Below are positions 1 through 9,600 of a stretch of DNA of 64,000 nt, one piece after another. A program made the position numbers and the translations under genes. Numbering within the stretch: the stretch's first letter is position 1; every line of letters begins with the position of its first letter. The stretch covers positions 960,001-1,024,000 of the forward strand of contig CM000434.1 of assembly GCA_000165345.1 (NCBI GenBank). Direction: 5' to 3'. The notes beneath the pieces are model-generated. The model made no database searches, was not told where the DNA came from, and was given only the letters and a program-made list of their open reading frames with translations.

Positions 1-1
1 C

Positions 2-1159
2 CAGGAAGAGCTTGAGAGCAAGTTATTGGAGAGTAAACTATTAGAATTGGAAGCTGTTGATTCAGTTTTAGTATCAACAATTCAAACAACAGCAGCTTTA
101 GAGCAAAGAAAAAAGCGTGAAAATAAGAATTCTTGTATATCAGTACCAACTGGATCATTCTTAATTAGAGCTTTTTATAGTAATAATGGCGTAAATAATA
201 ATAATGGTAATCATTCAGATAGTACAAATGAAGATGAAAATAGTTCAGTAAATGGAGGACATTCTGGAAATGGAATTGAACATACAAATCACCTAATTAT
301 TTTTAATAATGAGGAGCTTGAAGAATACAAACATCTTGTATTGAGGTTTATGCATCAACAAAATGGAAATGATGATTATCATTTAATTGAAAATTATAAC
401 AATACAAATAATATAAAGAATGATGAAGTGGTTTCAGAAGCTGTTGTTAAATCACAAGAGATAATGGATTCTGTGAATACTACTGAAGGAATAAATGATC
501 ATCAATCAAAGAATTCAGTTTCTCAAACAATAACAACAGGATCAGGAAGAATTCCTTCAAGAGGAATTAAAAGAAGAGGGTCATTGAAGAATCAGACAGA
601 TATTACTATGAATGGAGGAGGAATCGAAGGTAATTCAACAACTGTTTTAGAGGGAGGTAGTACTTGTAGAAACACTACTGATGATCATTCATCTTCAATG
701 ACAATATCAGGTACAAATATTAATTCAAATTCAGGTAGTAGCTCATCATTAACAACAGCTTTGAATGGTGGAGGAGTGTTAGGACAGCATTCTTCTTCTA
801 ATAATAATAATAATCATAATAATAGCGGCAATGGAATTTCTTCATCATATGGAGGAGTTGTTAATGACGATACGGTCTCCTCAGGAGGAGCAATTGCAGT
901 ATCTGCAATGTTAGAGGGACTAATTACCTCAGTTAGAGGAAGCTCAGGAGACAAATATAGACAGCAGCAACTGATGCAAGCATATCCCCAGAATAGATTT
1001 GTATCTAAAAAGAAATGCAGAGAGACAAACGAAATCTTGGCAAAGTATGTTAATGATTTAGCCAGTGAGTATTGTCATCGCAATTTTGGGTCAAGCAACT
1101 TGGCTGATGGTTATATTAATGCTTTCAATAGTCATGTTTTGAAGAATTTTAATAAATAA
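2..1159 (+). CDS. 5'-truncated CDS (reading frame open to the window start; the annotated 'M' at 26 is a TTG). Encodes the C-terminal part of an N/S/G-rich low-complexity protein of unknown function.
   Basis: There is no in-frame stop from nt 2 to the TAA at 1157-1159. The track's first codon is TTG, not ATG. Composition is strongly N/S biased and I recognise no domain. Confidence 0.5.
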   Translation, partial: QEELESKLLESKLLELEAVDSVLVSTIQTTAALEQRKKRENKNSCISVPTGSFLIRAFYSNNGVNNNNGNHSDSTNEDENSSVNGGHSGNGIEHTNHLIIFNNEELEEYKHLVLRFMHQQNGNDDYHLIENYNNTNNIKNDEVVSEAVVKSQEIMDSVNTTEGINDHQSKNSVSQTITTGSGRIPSRGIKRRGSLKNQTDITMNGGGIEGNSTTVLEGGSTCRNTTDDHSSSMTISGTNINSNSGSSSSLTTALNGGGVLGQHSSSNNNNNHNNSGNGISSSYGGVVNDDTVSSGGAIAVSAMLEGLITSVRGSSGDKYRQQQLMQAYPQNRFVSKKKCRETNEILAKYVNDLASEYCHRNFGSSNLADGYINAFNSHVLKNFNK

Positions 1160-1522
1160 GGATTTGGAGATTTTCAATCCTCACTATATAAGTAAAGTAA
1201 ATATTATGACAATTCAAAACTTTTAGAAAAGATCCAATTTTATATGTCTAAAAGGCCTATTATTAATAAGATGATGATACCGATTATGATTAATAATTAT
1301 TATAATATCCTTTAATATCATACATATCTTATTTATAGTGAAGATATATAATTCAGGCTATGAGAAAAAAAAGTAAAGTCAAGTAGATCTGAAAATAGAA
1401 AAATTAATAAAGTTTTATGATTATAAACTTTTTCTTTTTATTTCTTTTAAAAAAATATAAATTAGAGCGAAGATCATTGCTCCAATTTTTTAAATCTTTT
1501 GCTTTCTACTTATAAATTTCTG

Positions 1523-1718
1523 ACACGTTGGGCGCCAAGCTGCATGAAAAAAACATGCTGCCGCCTAATTAGTGTTAGTTTGTATAGTTAGGCGCCAATG
1601 GTGAAATATTATATGCTTGTAATTTTAATTTAGTTGAGGGGTTTAGAGCTGGATGAGAAGAGGGATTTGGTATATTTGGGCTGGGAAGAGAGGAAGTGTG
1701 GAATTTTTGGCGGGAAAG
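1523..1718. promoter_or_regulatory. Cluster of E2F-like sites: GGCGCCAA at 1531 and 1591, GCCGCC at 1560 and TTTTGGCGGGAAAG at 1705..1718, plus ACACGT at 1523.
   Basis: The motifs are visible in the sequence. The cluster is intergenic, upstream of the ORF at 2049. Confidence 0.45.
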
Positions 1719-2048
1719 TCTATTAAAAGATATATAAATTTTAAAGGTACCGGTAATCAAAGCGATCAAAAAAAAAAATTTGTAACCAAAATATTTGGAG
1801 TAATTGGCATAGAGCAGAGTATGTTTTAGTACTTATTTGTTGAGTAGTATATGGAAATTTGTTTAATTGCAAGTATAAGATCCAGAAAAAAAAAACTGGA
1901 TGGGAAGACCCTGAAATCAAACTTAAGTCAAGTCTGAACCAAACTTGGACTAAAATATTATTTTGAAAAAAGAAATCTCTAAATAATATTAGTTGAAAGG
2001 AAAGAAATAGTTGTGAATTTTAGAGGATTTAGTATTTGAAGGTTTATA

Positions 2049-2522
2049 ATGTCAGAAAAGTACTGGAGTCGTCTACTTTTGGACGTTGCAACAAATGTTA
2101 GATCAATGCACGATGGAGTAAGCAGAATGCCATTTAATTATAGAGAAAATCAAAAGTATCCAGAATATTTGGATGATATTGGAGCTCTCTGTGCATGTAT
2201 TCGAGTCTTTCAAGATTCTCTCTCTCCTATTTCTCAGCATCTTGCATTACATCCATATGAGAAGATTTACAAAGACCCTATATCTATGCCTGACCTACTT
2301 ACAACAAGTATATCAGACCAGATGAGAGAAGAAATTAAAGCTTCAGAATCGATCGTAGAGGAACTTAAAGGTACTGATGATTTTGATCAGATGTTCTTTA
2401 AAGATATGGATAGAAGCCAAATATGCAACAGAATTAATGAATTCAATAATTCAATTATCAATATTTCTCAGACAATTTCTGACTTGGATTTACTGCAATT
2501 CAATGATAACACTAAAGCCTAA
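2049..2522 (+). CDS. Hypothetical 157-aa protein.
   Basis: ATG-initiated ORF with non-repetitive composition. A cluster of E2F-like motifs lies 330-520 nt upstream. I recognise no family signature. Confidence 0.45.
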   Translation: MSEKYWSRLLLDVATNVRSMHDGVSRMPFNYRENQKYPEYLDDIGALCACIRVFQDSLSPISQHLALHPYEKIYKDPISMPDLLTTSISDQMREEIKASESIVEELKGTDDFDQMFFKDMDRSQICNRINEFNNSIINISQTISDLDLLQFNDNTKA

Positions 2523-2814
2523 AGTCAATAAGTTCTCGTGATCACTATCAATCTACTTGAAGTTGTGAGAAACTAAGTTATTTTTAGATTTGCAAAGGTA
2601 ACAAACAATACACTAACAAGTTAATGATTAACATTTATATATAACTTCCATCTATTAATTGACTAATTATAGCTTATAATTGAAATTAATAATTATTAAT
2701 ACCTCCTTCTTTTTTCTTAAAGTTAAAAAATAATAATATTAAAAAGAAATAAGATTCACTTTTTTATCTTCTTCCAATGTTTTATTGGTTCTTCTGGAAT
2801 TCACTCATATTAAG

Positions 2815-3711
2815 CTAAATATTAAGCTTCAAAACTCCTCCTTTGCTTTGGACATTATTAACTCCAGAACCATCATCATCAAAAGTAGTTGTAATTAAAT
2901 CGACTTTTTCTTCATGTATTAAATTCATATCAACAGTATGATCATTAGCATCCCCCTCAGCATTTGCTAAACTAACCTTCTCTCCAGGTTTGAACGCTGG
3001 CATTCCCTTATAGGGACATCCAGAACATCTGAAAGCATCACCTAAGTAACAATTGCCACAACTTGAGCGAGCTGTACCTGTCTCAACTTTCTCCTGATAT
3101 ACCTTTCTTGCAGCTTCAACTCCAATTTCCTTCTCAAGATCAGCTCTTCCACAATTACAGTTGTTACAGGCTCTTTCTTTTGACTTACAACTTTCTTTTC
3201 CTTGTCCAAGAGGAACATAATTCTTGATATCTGGTACAGAACCCTCTAAGTCAATATCATCAACAAGTACTTTACCTTCTTCAGGTTTCCAACTGGGCTT
3301 TTCAGCTTTAATAACTATCTCAAAATCACTATCAGATGAATTTAATCCATCACCCTTCAATTTTTTTACCTTAATAAACCCAGAAAATAACAAATTCCTT
3401 TCAAAGGCTTTAACTTTATCAATAGAGTCTAGAGCCAATATATTCACTTTTAAAACTGATCCAAAATCCAACACCCCATAAAACTCTTTCAAAAATTCAA
3501 ATGTAAAGATTTCACCCAAAATTGATCCTGATGATAAATAAATGGATACAATTCTAAATTCTCCCTTCTTTACAATAGCTCTTAAATCAGATAAGGATGA
3601 AAACTTTCCAAATTTATCCTCTTCCTTCTTAATTCTATTCAGCTCTGACAAAAATACCTCACTCTCCTCTAATTTACTATCACTTTGATGAGTAATTATT
3701 AACTGAGTCAT
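2815..3711 (-). CDS. DRE2: Anamorsin/Dre2 (CIAPIN1-family Fe-S cluster assembly protein).
   Basis: The C-terminus carries the CIAPIN1 twin-cysteine motifs '[16 protein letters not shown]' and '[31 protein letters not shown]', which are diagnostic of anamorsin/Dre2. The gene starts at a true ATG at 3709-3711. Confidence 0.8.
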   Translation of the reverse strand: MTQLIITHQSDSKLEESEVFLSELNRIKKEEDKFGKFSSLSDLRAIVKKGEFRIVSIYLSSGSILGEIFTFEFLKEFYGVLDFGSVLKVNILALDSIDKVKAFERNLLFSGFIKVKKLKGDGLNSSDSDFEIVIKAEKPSWKPEEGKVLVDDIDLEGSVPDIKNYVPLGQGKESCKSKERACNNCNCGRADLEKEIGVEAARKVYQEKVETGTARSSCGNCYLGDAFRCSGCPYKGMPAFKPGEKVSLANAEGDANDHTVDMNLIHEEKVDLITTTFDDDGSGVNNVQSKGGVLKLNI

Positions 3712-3860
3712 ACCAACAAATCCAGCAATATTTCTCTTAAAATGTTATTTTCTTCCTTTAACAATTTTATATTAATTTATTTCCTCGAAATTTACTTTGA
3801 ATTAGAAATTTTGGCGCCTTTTGACTTTTTTAAACCAATTAAAAATTTTTACATAGCATG

Positions 3861-3900
3861 ACCGGTATTGCAAGAAAAAATGTGCATGCAACACGTAATA
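3861..3900. promoter_or_regulatory. Composite upstream element 'ACCGGTATTGCAAGAAAAAATGTGCATGCAACACGTAATA', 150-190 nt upstream of the DRE2 start.
   Basis: It contains the ACCGGTATTGCAAGAAA word, which recurs at 35177, 20782 and 27811. It also contains the 18-nt TGCATGCAACACGTAATA word, which is repeated exactly at 6320..6337 upstream of NDC80. Confidence 0.5.
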
Positions 3901-3977
3901 GATGAAAAATATGATAAAACTTCTTTTTTAATAATAAATGTGGGGCAGGGTAAAGGAAGTATGTTTTGAATGAAAAT

Positions 3978-6068
3978 TTACTTTTTCCATTTTTCAACTT
4001 CAATTAACTTAGAATTATTCCTCAGTTTTACTTGATTTTTCAAATTAGAAATCGAATTAAGTGAATTTGAAAGATTTTGGATAATATACTCTTTAAGTTT
4101 AAAAATTGCCTCAGCATCTGACTGAATAACTTGTTTGCATTGAATAATTTCATTTCTAGAATGGCTTTCTTGAAGATTGCTTTGTTGTTCAAGTTGAATA
4201 ATACGACTCTTTGCCTTCTCCAACCTTTTTAGAGCTTCATCTTTGTTACGTTCAAACTCTGCCTTATAACTCTTTACTTTTTCTTGAATTTGTTCTAATT
4301 GCCTCATCTCCCTTTTGTCACAGACTGATAAATCTCCATCCAAATTTTTGATCTTTTTCTCCAAAGCATCACATGCCTGTTTCTTTTGAATTATAGTATC
4401 TTTTGTACTCTTCATTATTTCACTGAATTGTACTTCTTGAGTTTTCAGTTTTCTCTTCCACATTTCAACTTCAACAATACATCTTTTGCAACTATGTTTC
4501 ATGTTACTCCAATTCTGTCCAATGATTCCATCGACTCCTTGAGATTTATCATTGCTTCCAGAATATGAAATATTTAAAGATAAAGGTTGAAGCAAATTGA
4601 ATGAACAAACTTCATTAGTTCTTATATCATTTGAGGTAATATTTGTAATTTCTTGATATATACTATTCCAAGCTCGACTTAAATTATATAAATTAGTTGA
4701 ATGTTCCTCAATAGATAATTCAATCTCCCAGTTTTCCTTTTCAGTATTTTCTCTTTCTGTCCTTAAATTACGTATTGTTTGTCTTTTGACTTTCATATCC
4801 TGATAAACTCTTGAAACATCATCCCTTTGTATTCCTTGATTGGCAATTCTCTTTTGAAGCTTTTCAATTTCATCCTCGATATCTCTCAACTCCTTCTTTT
4901 TTATGTTCAAAATATTTTCAGTATCATTACAAGAATTTTCCATTTGTCGAATAGAATTTTGACATTGACCAACAGCATGTTCCATTTTTAACAAATCCTG
5001 AGAAAGCGTGTGATTTCTTTGGAGCAATAACTCTCCTTCCTGTAATTCGTGATTGATTTTTTGGATTTCCATATTCATCTGTTCAAGTTCATGCTTTTTC
5101 TTCTCTAAAGCCTGTTGAGCCTGGTTCTTCCTTTCTCTGCAATAAGCTTCCAAAGTCTCATTTAGTAATCCTCCATCATTCTGACCATTCAGAAATAACT
5201 TATAACTCTCACTTAACCTTCTATTCAATGTTTGAGATAACAATTTTGACGAATCTAAATTATTGTTATTTCCTTCAAAATTTGGAAAACCATTCGCAAC
5301 ATTTGAATTTGCATGCTGAAAAATATTAGACAAAGTACTTGTTAGAGATGTATCTGCCATATAACCACCAAATTCTCCATCTTTGCTATAATTCAAATGT
5401 GGGAAGACAGCTTGTTCATAATCTAATAACTCGCAGAGCCATGTCATTGCTGCAATGTGTTGTGGCCAAGTATTTGGAGCTCCAGGTGCAATAATAGTTG
5501 TTTTATTAATAGTAATAGGATATCCTATATCTTTAAAGAACCTTGGAATCTCATCATCTGGCTTAGATATTTTTATTCTTGGATCATACTGGCTTATAAT
5601 AAATTGTAAAACTTCTAAATATAATGCTCTAGTTGGACTATTTAAAGTTTTTGGATTAATCTGATTTGGATATCCTCTCTTACTCAAAAATGTTAATATT
5701 GTCTTCAATCCTTCTCTTCTGCTATCTGAAATACTTCTCCCTTTTGATGATGACGCTGCTGCTGAGCTCATATTTCCAGTCATTGAAGATGTTCCTACTG
5801 CATTTGCTCCCCTTTGAGAATTTCCACCTCTAGATGATGAATATGCCCAAGCATTACTTGTATTATTTATATTATTACTATTGCCACCTTTCATTAATAA
5901 TGATGACGTGGCAAAATGTGTAGGTGATTGAGTCTTATTTTGCCCTATAGAAAACGATGTCATTACAACATCTTGGCTATTAAGATCTCCATTCTCTGAA
6001 TTATCTCTAAACCCTGTTGTTCTTCTCATTGAATTTTGGCCAAAAGGACGAAAAGCATTACTCGACAT
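3978..6068 (-). CDS. NDC80: Kinetochore protein Ndc80/HEC1-like: basic N-terminal tail, a calponin-homology-like region and a long C-terminal coiled coil.
   Basis: Calponin-homology-like region 'PTRALYLEVLQFIISQYDP...FFKDIGYP...WPQHIAAMTWLCELL' resembles the Ndc80 CH domain. About 450 aa of heptad-rich E/K/Q/L sequence follow. The N-terminus is S/T/R-rich. Confidence 0.6.
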   Translation of the reverse strand: MSSNAFRPFGQNSMRRTTGFRDNSENGDLNSQDVVMTSFSIGQNKTQSPTHFATSSLLMKGGNSNNINNTSNAWAYSSSRGGNSQRGANAVGTSSMTGNMSSAAASSSKGRSISDSRREGLKTILTFLSKRGYPNQINPKTLNSPTRALYLEVLQFIISQYDPRIKISKPDDEIPRFFKDIGYPITINKTTIIAPGAPNTWPQHIAAMTWLCELLDYEQAVFPHLNYSKDGEFGGYMADTSLTSTLSNIFQHANSNVANGFPNFEGNNNNLDSSKLLSQTLNRRLSESYKLFLNGQNDGGLLNETLEAYCRERKNQAQQALEKKKHELEQMNMEIQKINHELQEGELLLQRNHTLSQDLLKMEHAVGQCQNSIRQMENSCNDTENILNIKKKELRDIEDEIEKLQKRIANQGIQRDDVSRVYQDMKVKRQTIRNLRTERENTEKENWEIELSIEEHSTNLYNLSRAWNSIYQEITNITSNDIRTNEVCSFNLLQPLSLNISYSGSNDKSQGVDGIIGQNWSNMKHSCKRCIVEVEMWKRKLKTQEVQFSEIMKSTKDTIIQKKQACDALEKKIKNLDGDLSVCDKREMRQLEQIQEKVKSYKAEFERNKDEALKRLEKAKSRIIQLEQQSNLQESHSRNEIIQCKQVIQSDAEAIFKLKEYIIQNLSNSLNSISNLKNQVKLRNNSKLIEVEKWKK

Positions 6069-6692
6069 TTTCTTCCCTCGCTACCAACATCAATTCCTTG
6101 CTTCTCAATCTTGTGTGTTCTTACTTGTTTTTATATCAAGAGAAGACTTACAAATCCAACAATTTATATATTATTCACTTGCTTTTGCTCAATTTAATTT
6201 CCTGCCACCTTATTCAGATTTTTCTCTTCAAATCACTGTTTTCATAAATACCCCTATAATATGTGGTTGTTTTCATTCCCGCCCAAAAATGTTGTGGGGT
6301 ATTTTCATTTATGCAAAGCTGCATGCAACACGTAATATATTTGAGTATATGACCGCCAAGCATTTGTATAAGGCACATTTGTAAAAAAAAAAAAAGTTAG
6401 AACAGATAACTCAAATAATTATGAATAATAGGGTAGACACATTTTGAATAATTACTTAAAAATATCAATACAGTATTTTACCTTTCAAAACTAAACTAGG
6501 CTTAAATTAATTAATAAAATTGAAATTCAATCCATCTGCAAGAGCATTAATTTTATTATATAATATATATTTCATTTGCATGCAAAGCAAAATAACTAAA
6601 ATTGCATACAAAATCAGGCGGGAAATTTAGTGAATTAAAATGCACACAAATGATTATTGAGCTTTAATTGGCAAAAAATTGGGATTTTTTGT

Positions 6693-9600
6693 TTACCACA
6701 AGTCTACATCAATATCCAGATCAGTAAGTGCCACATTTGTATCATCAGCTTGGTTGGAAACCTCTTGTAAGAATGCTGGAGTTTGTACTTCTCCTTCATT
6801 CGCAAACCAGCTTGCCATTTCATCAAGTTTACTGGTTTTGACAGCATTCGCCTTTGGCGCCATATTTACTGTCAATTTTTGCTTTTGTAATGTAGGTCTG
6901 GATTCTGTTGTTCCTCGTTTAGGTTGGGAAACTGATTTCTTTTCTGATAGTTTAAGCTTGACTGTGCTTGCGCTCTTTTCTCTCTTTGCGAGATTTTCTT
7001 GCTTTTGTTTTAATCTTCGTTCTTCATCCAACTTTGTTTTACGTACGAGATCTACTGATGAAATGAAATTCCATAATACACGGAAATAATCTGGCCAAAC
7101 AATTCTTTGAATCGTATTTTGCGGTTCTCCCAAGTATAGTGCCATCTTTTCTAGATTTTCTTTAACACTTTTCATAGTTGCTACTAAATCTTCAATTCTA
7201 GGCTCAGTATCGGAAACAAAGTCTGCTAGAATCTTAGCAATGGGATCCTTTTCTCCCATAGGGCCGGCTCTCTCATTACTTTTCTGAGCTGATTTCATTG
7301 TATCTGTGACCTTATTTAAAGATCCATTCAGTGATTGAATTTCACCTTCAATAGCACCTAAATCGCATTTGGCTGCTTTCTCTACTAAAGCCAATGGCTC
7401 TGCCAAAGAAAGCAATTCTGGCTTATCTCTCCAAATAATCTCTGTGATATATTGAAGCAAAGTTTTAATAGGTTTAGTACTCGAACGAACTTCACATAAC
7501 TTTGATAGTGAACTCATTCTAAAACCTTTAGCTTCTCCCTTTTCTGTATTAAGATTCAAAACATTACCAACTGAAAGAATTATAGAAAATACTTTCTTAA
7601 GCTTTGAATTTGTCTTAATTTCGTTGCAAACTGTAATAATCTCTTGTAAAGGCGTCATTAATTCATTAAAGGAATTGTCAAACGAAAGAATAAACAGCTG
7701 AGCGTTCAAACGAGCGCCAAACATTGGAATACCAATCATTGCAGCTATAAATTGTTCAGGCTTATCCAACTGAGTCAAGTCACCTCCTGCATCAATATAC
7801 TCTTTTACGATTGCAAACTCTTCTGGAGTTGGGGTCATTAAAATCAAAGCTTCTGTAGCTTCTGTATCCAAAATCTTCTTATCAAGATCCAATATAGCAT
7901 CACGCAATTGTTGGAATGTATATGCACTGAACTTTGATAATGCAATACTTATATTGTATGCTCTCTTTGAGTCTGGTAAAATTTGCATGACCTTTGGCTT
8001 CTTTGTCGCCTCTGTCGCCTTCTTTGGTTTTGCTGATTCGATACCAAATACTTCCTCCAAATTTCCGAAATCCAACTTGATTGGTTCTTTAATATCCCAA
8101 ATTGTACCTTGAATATTCTCAACCTTATCCCAATGTAACTTCTTTGTCTTCGATTCTGGACCACTTGGCTTACTTCCTGTCTTTCCTCCAAATTTCCCTG
8201 CCTTTCCTTTTGGGGGTCCTTTTCCTGTTGGGGGTCCTTTCCCACCTGGTGGTCCTTTTCCCCCTGGAGGACCCTTTCCTCCTGGAGGTCCTTTCCCTTT
8301 CCCTGGTGGGCCCTTTCCTTTTGCTGGCGGCGTGCCCTTTGCCGGTGGCGCGCCCTTTGCCGGTGGCGCGCCCTTTGCTTCTGCTGGTTCTGCCTTTGGT
8401 TCTGTAGGAGCACCTTCTTTTGCTTGCGGTGGCGGAGATTTGTTAATAATGTTGTCCATTTTCCCAATACCATCCAGCAATCCAGATAATGCCTTTCCTG
8501 ACTTTACACCTGCTCCTACAATACCTGTGTATACCCCTCCATCCGAAGGTTTGTATTGAATCATTGAGCTAATAAGGGCGCCAACTCCGCTACCTTTAAG
8601 AAGTTCTATCACACCCTGTGAATCAGGAGAAGGAAGTCCCCATTTTGCTGATGCTGTAAGAGCAATTCTAGTTGAAGCGCATACAAATGGCTCAAGATCG
8701 ATCACATAAGGCAACTTTGTTACTACGTTACCCCCATCATCTAAAAATGAAATGCATGCAAGTCTTTCATTACCAGATTCTTCTACATCAGGTTTTGCTC
8801 CTTTAATCTTTGCTAAAATATCATCTGGAGGAAGTTGTTGATCGATACCTACTATCTGAGTCTGAGTTACTTTAACTTGTTTAGCCTCCTCCTTATCTTT
8901 ATTTCTTTGTCTAACTAAAGGAATCAATGCATTTGGAATCCATATTGATTCTTTGAAATAAGCCTTCATTTCTTCCTTACCTGCATAATCTACTAATGGC
9001 AAATAAAATGGTAAACCTGTACTCTCATCTTTTTCTATTTGAGTTAACAACTTCCCTTCTGGAGTTATACAAGGTTCTGGAATCTCCCATTTCTCCAAAA
9101 CTGTCTGAGCTTCTTCATTTATCATCATTGTCACTGACTGCTCTCCCATAACTGGGAATCCTCTTGTTAACTTTGGAATGTTTATTATAGGTAACTTCTT
9201 TCTTTCTGTCTTACTAAATGGAGGAAGAGAAAGCATTGTAGAAACTCCTAGATAGTCTGGACCTGTAATTCTTACTTTCAAGTGAGGTAAAATTGCTGTT
9301 GAACTCACTGTCATACTCTGAAATGACTCTCCATGTAGTGCTCTGATTCTTGAAGTGCATAAAAGTTGTTGAGTTTGGTTATTTGAAAATGGGGTACTTC
9401 TATTTAACCCTCTCAAATTCTTTGGATCAAATAAAAAAGTCTCCAATTGTCGATACCTTAATTGATCAATACTTGGACAAATTGGACTTGCTAATAATGG
9501 TGATTCCTCATACATTATTCTTGTTAATTTACTTGATTTTCCTAAGGTATCGGTAATTATTTCTTTTAAAGATCTCTCTGCTCTTGATTCTAGTGATTCT

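Noticed and set aside
1575-1769. 64-aa minus-strand ORF in the first intergenic region.
   Set aside because: It overlaps the cluster of E2F-like promoter words (GGCGCCAA ×2, TTTTGGCGGGAAAG). Its product is a low-complexity P/S/N-rich string and the ORF has no start-codon context. It is most likely a non-coding spacer.
6017-6384. Plus-strand ORFs 6017..6247 and 6115..6384 upstream of NDC80.
   Set aside because: They lie in the NDC80 promoter and 5' region, which contains the TGCATGCAACACGTAATA element. Their products are hydrophobic and low-complexity with no ATG context, so they are likely spurious.
7949-8559. Nested small ORFs in both orientations inside the formin gene (7949..8473 minus, 8102..8407 plus, 8332..8559 plus). 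Similar nested ORFs lie inside other large genes: 4386..4568, 5455..5664, 9350..9802, 15530..16462, 42325..42858, 48966..49428, 52583..53506.
   Set aside because: They overlap strong, homology-supported long CDSs and sit in repetitive or low-complexity coding sequence, where alternative frames stay open by chance. Their products are R/Q/L/P-rich nonsense.
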